Assembly: GCA_028702675.1 (NCBI GenBank)
Contig: JAQVOJ010000003.1
Span: 3,623 to 65,876, forward strand
DNA length: 62,254 nucleotides
Origin: Bacteroidales bacterium
GTDB lineage: Bacteria > Bacteroidota > Bacteroidia > Bacteroidales > ML635J-15
Direction of reading: 5' to 3'
Shown: positions 59,034 to 62,254 of the stretch, piece by piece
Position numbering within the stretch: the stretch's first letter is position 1
How the letters are laid out: each line of letters starts with the position of its first letter
Program-made: the position numbers and the translations under genes
Notes under the pieces: generated by a model
Told to the model about the DNA's origin: nothing
What the model saw: only the letters and a program-made list of their open reading frames with translations
Databases searched by the model: none

Positions 59034-61043
59034 TTAAAACAGTTCGTCAATTAAATTATCGTTTGCAATTTCGGGGATTGTAATTTTGAGTCCAGGGTTT
59101 TCTTTCATTGCTCTTTTAGCGGCGAAAATGGCACCTTCGTTTCTTGCCCAATTTCTTCTTCCTATTCCATTATTTACGTCCCAGTATAGCATCATTTTAA
59201 GTCGTCTTTCTGCATCATTGCTACCGTCGAGTACCATTCCGAAACCGCCGTTTATTACTTCGCCCCATCCAACGCCACCGCCATTATGAATTGAAACCCA
59301 AGTAGCCCCTCTGAATGAGTCGCCTATTACATTTTGAATTGCCATATCAGCAGTAAATTGGCTGCCATCGTAAATATTAGATGTTTCTCTAAATGGAGAA
59401 TCTGTTCCCGAAACATCGTGGTGGTCTCTTCCCAAAACTATTGGAGCTTTAATTCTGCCTTCTTTTATTGCATCATTAAATGCTTTTGCAATTTTAATTC
59501 GTCCTTCGGCATCTGCGTAAAGAATACGAGCTTGCGACCCAACTACAAGATTATTTGCTTTGGCACCTTTTATCCATTGAATATTGTCTTGCATTTGCTG
59601 AGTAATTTCTTTCGGTGCATTTTTAGAAATATCTTTTAGAACTTCCATTGCAATATGGTCGGTAAGTTCTAAGTCTTCGGGAAGCGAAGAACAGCAAACC
59701 CAGCGGAATGGACCGAATCCATAGTCGAAACACATTGGACCCATAATGTCTTGAACGTAAGACGGATATTTGAAATTTATTCCGTCTTCTGCCATAATAT
59801 CGGCATTTGCTCTCGAACTTTCGAGTAAGAAAGCATTTCCATAATCGAAGAAATACATTCCTTGCGAGGTAAGTTTATTTATCGCTTTTACTTGTCTCCT
59901 TAAGCTTTGCTCAACTTGGGTTTTAAATAATGGAGGATTTTCTGACATCATTTTGGTTGATTCTTCGTAAGAAATATCTACAGGATAATATCCTCCTGCC
60001 CATGGATTGTGTAATGATGTTTGGTCGCTTCCTAAATCAACTTTTATATTTCGCTCAGCTAATTTTTCCCATAAATCTACAATATTTCCGAGATAAGCTA
60101 TTGAATGAGCTATATTTTTGTCCTTATACTCTATTGCTGTATCAATTGCTTTATCAATATCCTCAATTACTTCGTCAACCCAATTTTGCTCTAGTCTTTT
60201 ATATGCAGCTTTGGGGTTTATTTCTGCTGTAATACTAACTACTCCGGCAATATTCCCTGCTTTTGGTTGGGCTCCGCTCATTCCACCAAGCCCTGAGGTA
60301 ACAAACAGTTTTGTTTTACTCGTATTTCCTGCTATACTCACTTTTCGGCATGCATTAAGAACTGTGATTGTAGTACCATGTACAATTCCTTGTGGTCCAA
60401 TATACATATATGAACCGGCAGTCATTTGTCCATATTGTGTTACACCAAGAGCATTGAATTTCTCCCAATCGTCAGGTTTACTGTAATTTGGAATCATCAT
60501 TCCGTTTGTAACAACTACACGTGGTGCATCTTTGTGTGAAGGGTAAACACCCATTGGGTGGCCTGAGTACATTACTAGGGTTTGCTCATCGGTAAGTTCT
60601 GCAAGATATTTCATTGTAAGGCGGTATTGTGCCCAGTTTTGAAATACTGCACCATTACCACCATAAGTTATAAGCTCGTGGGGGTGTTGGGCTACTGCAT
60701 TGTCAAGATTATTGCTAATCATTAACATAATAGCAGCTGCTTGAATGCTTTTGTAAGGAAACCAACTTATATCTCTTGCAAATATTTCATAATCAGGTCT
60801 GTATCTTAACATATATATTCTGCCGTATTCGTCAAGTTCTTGTTTAAACTCTTTAGCTAAAACTTTATGATGTACAGACGGAAAGTATCTCAATGCATTT
60901 TTTAATGCCAATTTTTGTTCTTTTTCGCTTAAAATATTCTTTCGCTTGGGTGCATGATTAATACTTTTATCGTATGGTTTTAATTCCGGTAACTTATAGG
61001 GAATACCCTCTAAAATTTGAGATTTGAATAATTCTTTGTCCAT
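59034..61043 (-). CDS. hutU: Urocanate hydratase
   Basis: 669 aa with GLGGMSGAQPKA, long conserved blocks (YGGNGAVFQNW, GSYMYIGPQGIVHGT) and the NAD-binding core. Confidence 0.93.
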   Translation of the reverse strand: MDKELFKSQILEGIPYKLPELKPYDKSINHAPKRKNILSEKEQKLALKNALRYFPSVHHKVLAKEFKQELDEYGRIYMLRYRPDYEIFARDISWFPYKSIQAAAIMLMISNNLDNAVAQHPHELITYGGNGAVFQNWAQYRLTMKYLAELTDEQTLVMYSGHPMGVYPSHKDAPRVVVTNGMMIPNYSKPDDWEKFNALGVTQYGQMTAGSYMYIGPQGIVHGTTITVLNACRKVSIAGNTSKTKLFVTSGLGGMSGAQPKAGNIAGVVSITAEINPKAAYKRLEQNWVDEVIEDIDKAIDTAIEYKDKNIAHSIAYLGNIVDLWEKLAERNIKVDLGSDQTSLHNPWAGGYYPVDISYEESTKMMSENPPLFKTQVEQSLRRQVKAINKLTSQGMYFFDYGNAFLLESSRANADIMAEDGINFKYPSYVQDIMGPMCFDYGFGPFRWVCCSSLPEDLELTDHIAMEVLKDISKNAPKEITQQMQDNIQWIKGAKANNLVVGSQARILYADAEGRIKIAKAFNDAIKEGRIKAPIVLGRDHHDVSGTDSPFRETSNIYDGSQFTADMAIQNVIGDSFRGATWVSIHNGGGVGWGEVINGGFGMVLDGSNDAERRLKMMLYWDVNNGIGRRNWARNEGAIFAAKRAMKENPGLKITIPEIANDNLIDELF

Positions 61044-61090
61044 TATTTTATTGATTATATAGATTATCTTATTTTGAGTTGTAAATATAC

Positions 61091-61129
61091 AAAAAAAACC
61101 TGCAAGCTTAAAGCATACAGGTTTTTTTT
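61091..61129 (-). terminator. Rho-independent (bidirectional) terminator after the lipocalin-like gene pair
   Basis: A8-CCTG...CAGG-T8: AACCTG / CAGGTT stem with a 15-nt loop and flanking A and T runs. Confidence 0.65.
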
Positions 61130-61146
61130 AATAGTAAACAATTTCT

Positions 61147-61614
61147 TTATTTTGCTACATAAATCTCTTTAACTGTAACGGTTTCTCCTGATAATTCTCC
61201 GATTTCTTCTCTTTCTAACCACATTTCGTTATTTTTCAGCATAAGAATTTTTGATTCTTCCCATGATTGCCAACTTTCAGTGTCAGGGTCTTTTATTCTT
61301 GTACGAAGGTTTTCTTTATCTCCGTCAAATTCCCATTCTAAATCTATGCTTAATGTAGTATTACCGAAAAATGGTGCTTCTAAAGTGCCAGTGCCATCTT
61401 TTAATAATTCTACTACCACATTATCATATTCTGTTAGTTCTTGCTCTTCGCCATTATAATAATGGGAGTCGAGTACCCATTCCCCTGTGATACGAGCTGT
61501 TTTTGATAGAAGACTAATTGCAGGTCCTTCTTCGTACTTGCCACAACTGCTAAATACTATTGTTGTAGCTGCTAAAATCAATGTAATGTAAATTAACTTT
61601 TTCATATTTTTCAT
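61147..61614 (-). CDS. Lipocalin-like-domain lipoprotein (paralogue A)
   Basis: Lipobox FSSCGKYEEGP, RITGEW motif, and similarity to the adjacent ORF. Confidence 0.6.
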   Translation of the reverse strand: MKNMKKLIYITLILAATTIVFSSCGKYEEGPAISLLSKTARITGEWVLDSHYYNGEEQELTEYDNVVVELLKDGTGTLEAPFFGNTTLSIDLEWEFDGDKENLRTRIKDPDTESWQSWEESKILMLKNNEMWLEREEIGELSGETVTVKEIYVAK

Positions 61615-61616
61615 TT

Positions 61617-62051
61617 TTAAAGTTTAATATAACGTAACTCAATAATTGGTTCAGTAGTTGATTTTATTTCGGAATGTGGTATAACCCATAATTCCTTATT
61701 GCTTAGTCTTTTAACTTCGAATTGAATTAATATATCTTCGTAGTTAGGTGTTAAAAATAAATCATATTTATCTTCACTAAAATCCCAGGTGCCATTAATA
61801 GTATTAGTTGTAGAACCTTCTAATTCAATAGTAAAAGCATTATTCTCTTCGAAAGTAATTTTTTTATAAGGATACTCTTCCGACAAAGACCTACTTTCTA
61901 GATCATCAGAAAGTACTAAGTCTATTTCCCATGTGCCTGTAATTCTAACTTCGGGTGAATAGAAACTAAAAAAAGGTCCTTCGTCGTATGTAGAACAGGC
62001 AATTAGAGTTAGAGTTAATATTAATGAAACAATGAGTAGATTTTTGCTCAT
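61617..62051 (-). CDS. Lipocalin-like-domain lipoprotein (paralogue B)
   Basis: Lipobox LIACSTYDEGP and RITGTW motif. 2-nt gap to paralogue A. Confidence 0.6.
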   Translation of the reverse strand: MSKNLLIVSLILTLTLIACSTYDEGPFFSFYSPEVRITGTWEIDLVLSDDLESRSLSEEYPYKKITFEENNAFTIELEGSTTNTINGTWDFSEDKYDLFLTPNYEDILIQFEVKRLSNKELWVIPHSEIKSTTEPIIELRYIKL

Positions 62052-62092
62052 AATTCATTTAGTTTAATGCAAATATAGTAAATTTTATTGAA

Positions 62093-62125
62093 TAAAAAAA
62101 AGTCCCTTATTAAAGAGACTTTTTA
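62093..62125 (-). terminator. Rho-independent terminator after the truncated CTD gene
   Basis: On the minus strand: AAAAGTCTCTTTAATAAGGGACTTTTTTTT (hairpin plus T-run). Confidence 0.6.
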
Positions 62126-62145
62126 AAATGATTTGTTTAGTGTTG

Positions 62146-62254
62146 TTATTCAACAATAAATTTTATGAATGTAGATTCATTTTGTTTTTCAATTTTAATG
62201 AAATAAGAACCTGCTGCTAACGAACTTATATTAATACCTGAAACTGTATTATTA
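62146..62254 (-). CDS. 3' end of a T9SS type A CTD-containing protein (partial; continues beyond the window)
   Basis: Minus-strand translation ...NTVSGINISSLAAGSYFIKIEKQNESTFIKFIVE* is the typical end of a Por-type sorting domain. Confidence 0.6.
   Translation of the reverse strand, partial: NNTVSGINISSLAAGSYFIKIEKQNESTFIKFIVE

Overview
AT-rich chromosomal segment with clear Bacteroidota signatures: type IX secretion (T9SS) genes, C-terminal sorting domains (CTDs), TAnnTTTG-type promoter motifs, and signal peptides ending in AQ. About 50 genes are packed tightly. Most are housekeeping: tRNA-Met, lptF/G-like, two glycosyltransferases, ribBA, fmt, dapB, lepB plus a degenerate paralogue, wbqC-like, a DEAD-box helicase, rubrerythrin, a Na/Pi transporter, mnmD, rel, ppx, ppk1, pckA, ruvX, def, comEC, trkA, murF, ispF and hutU. 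A core T9SS block (porP/sprF-gldJ-murF, divergent from porU-porV) is present, along with at least six CTD-bearing secreted proteins, including two large multidomain proteases. I saw no transposase, integrase, CRISPR array, cas gene, or recognisable toxin or defence module, and no convincing discrete novel multi-gene system. The best leads are single-locus oddities. (1) An intact TrmO/TsaA-like frame at 56401-56973 (-) has no ATG/GTG/TTG start, so it is absent from the ORF track. (2) A roughly 220-nt GC-enriched, rod-like inverted-repeat element lies in the convergent gap at 11022-11241 and may be a 6S-like or other structured RNA. (3) An OadA/PycB-like carboxyltransferase has a Ser where its biotinyl domain should carry the biotin-accepting Lys. 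(4) A signal peptidase I paralogue lacks the general-base Lys. (5) A frameshifted lipoprotein gene has a Cys-rich tail. (6) 28-nt direct repeats plus a hairpin sit next to tRNA-Met at the left edge. All family assignments come from reading motifs by eye; no searches were run.
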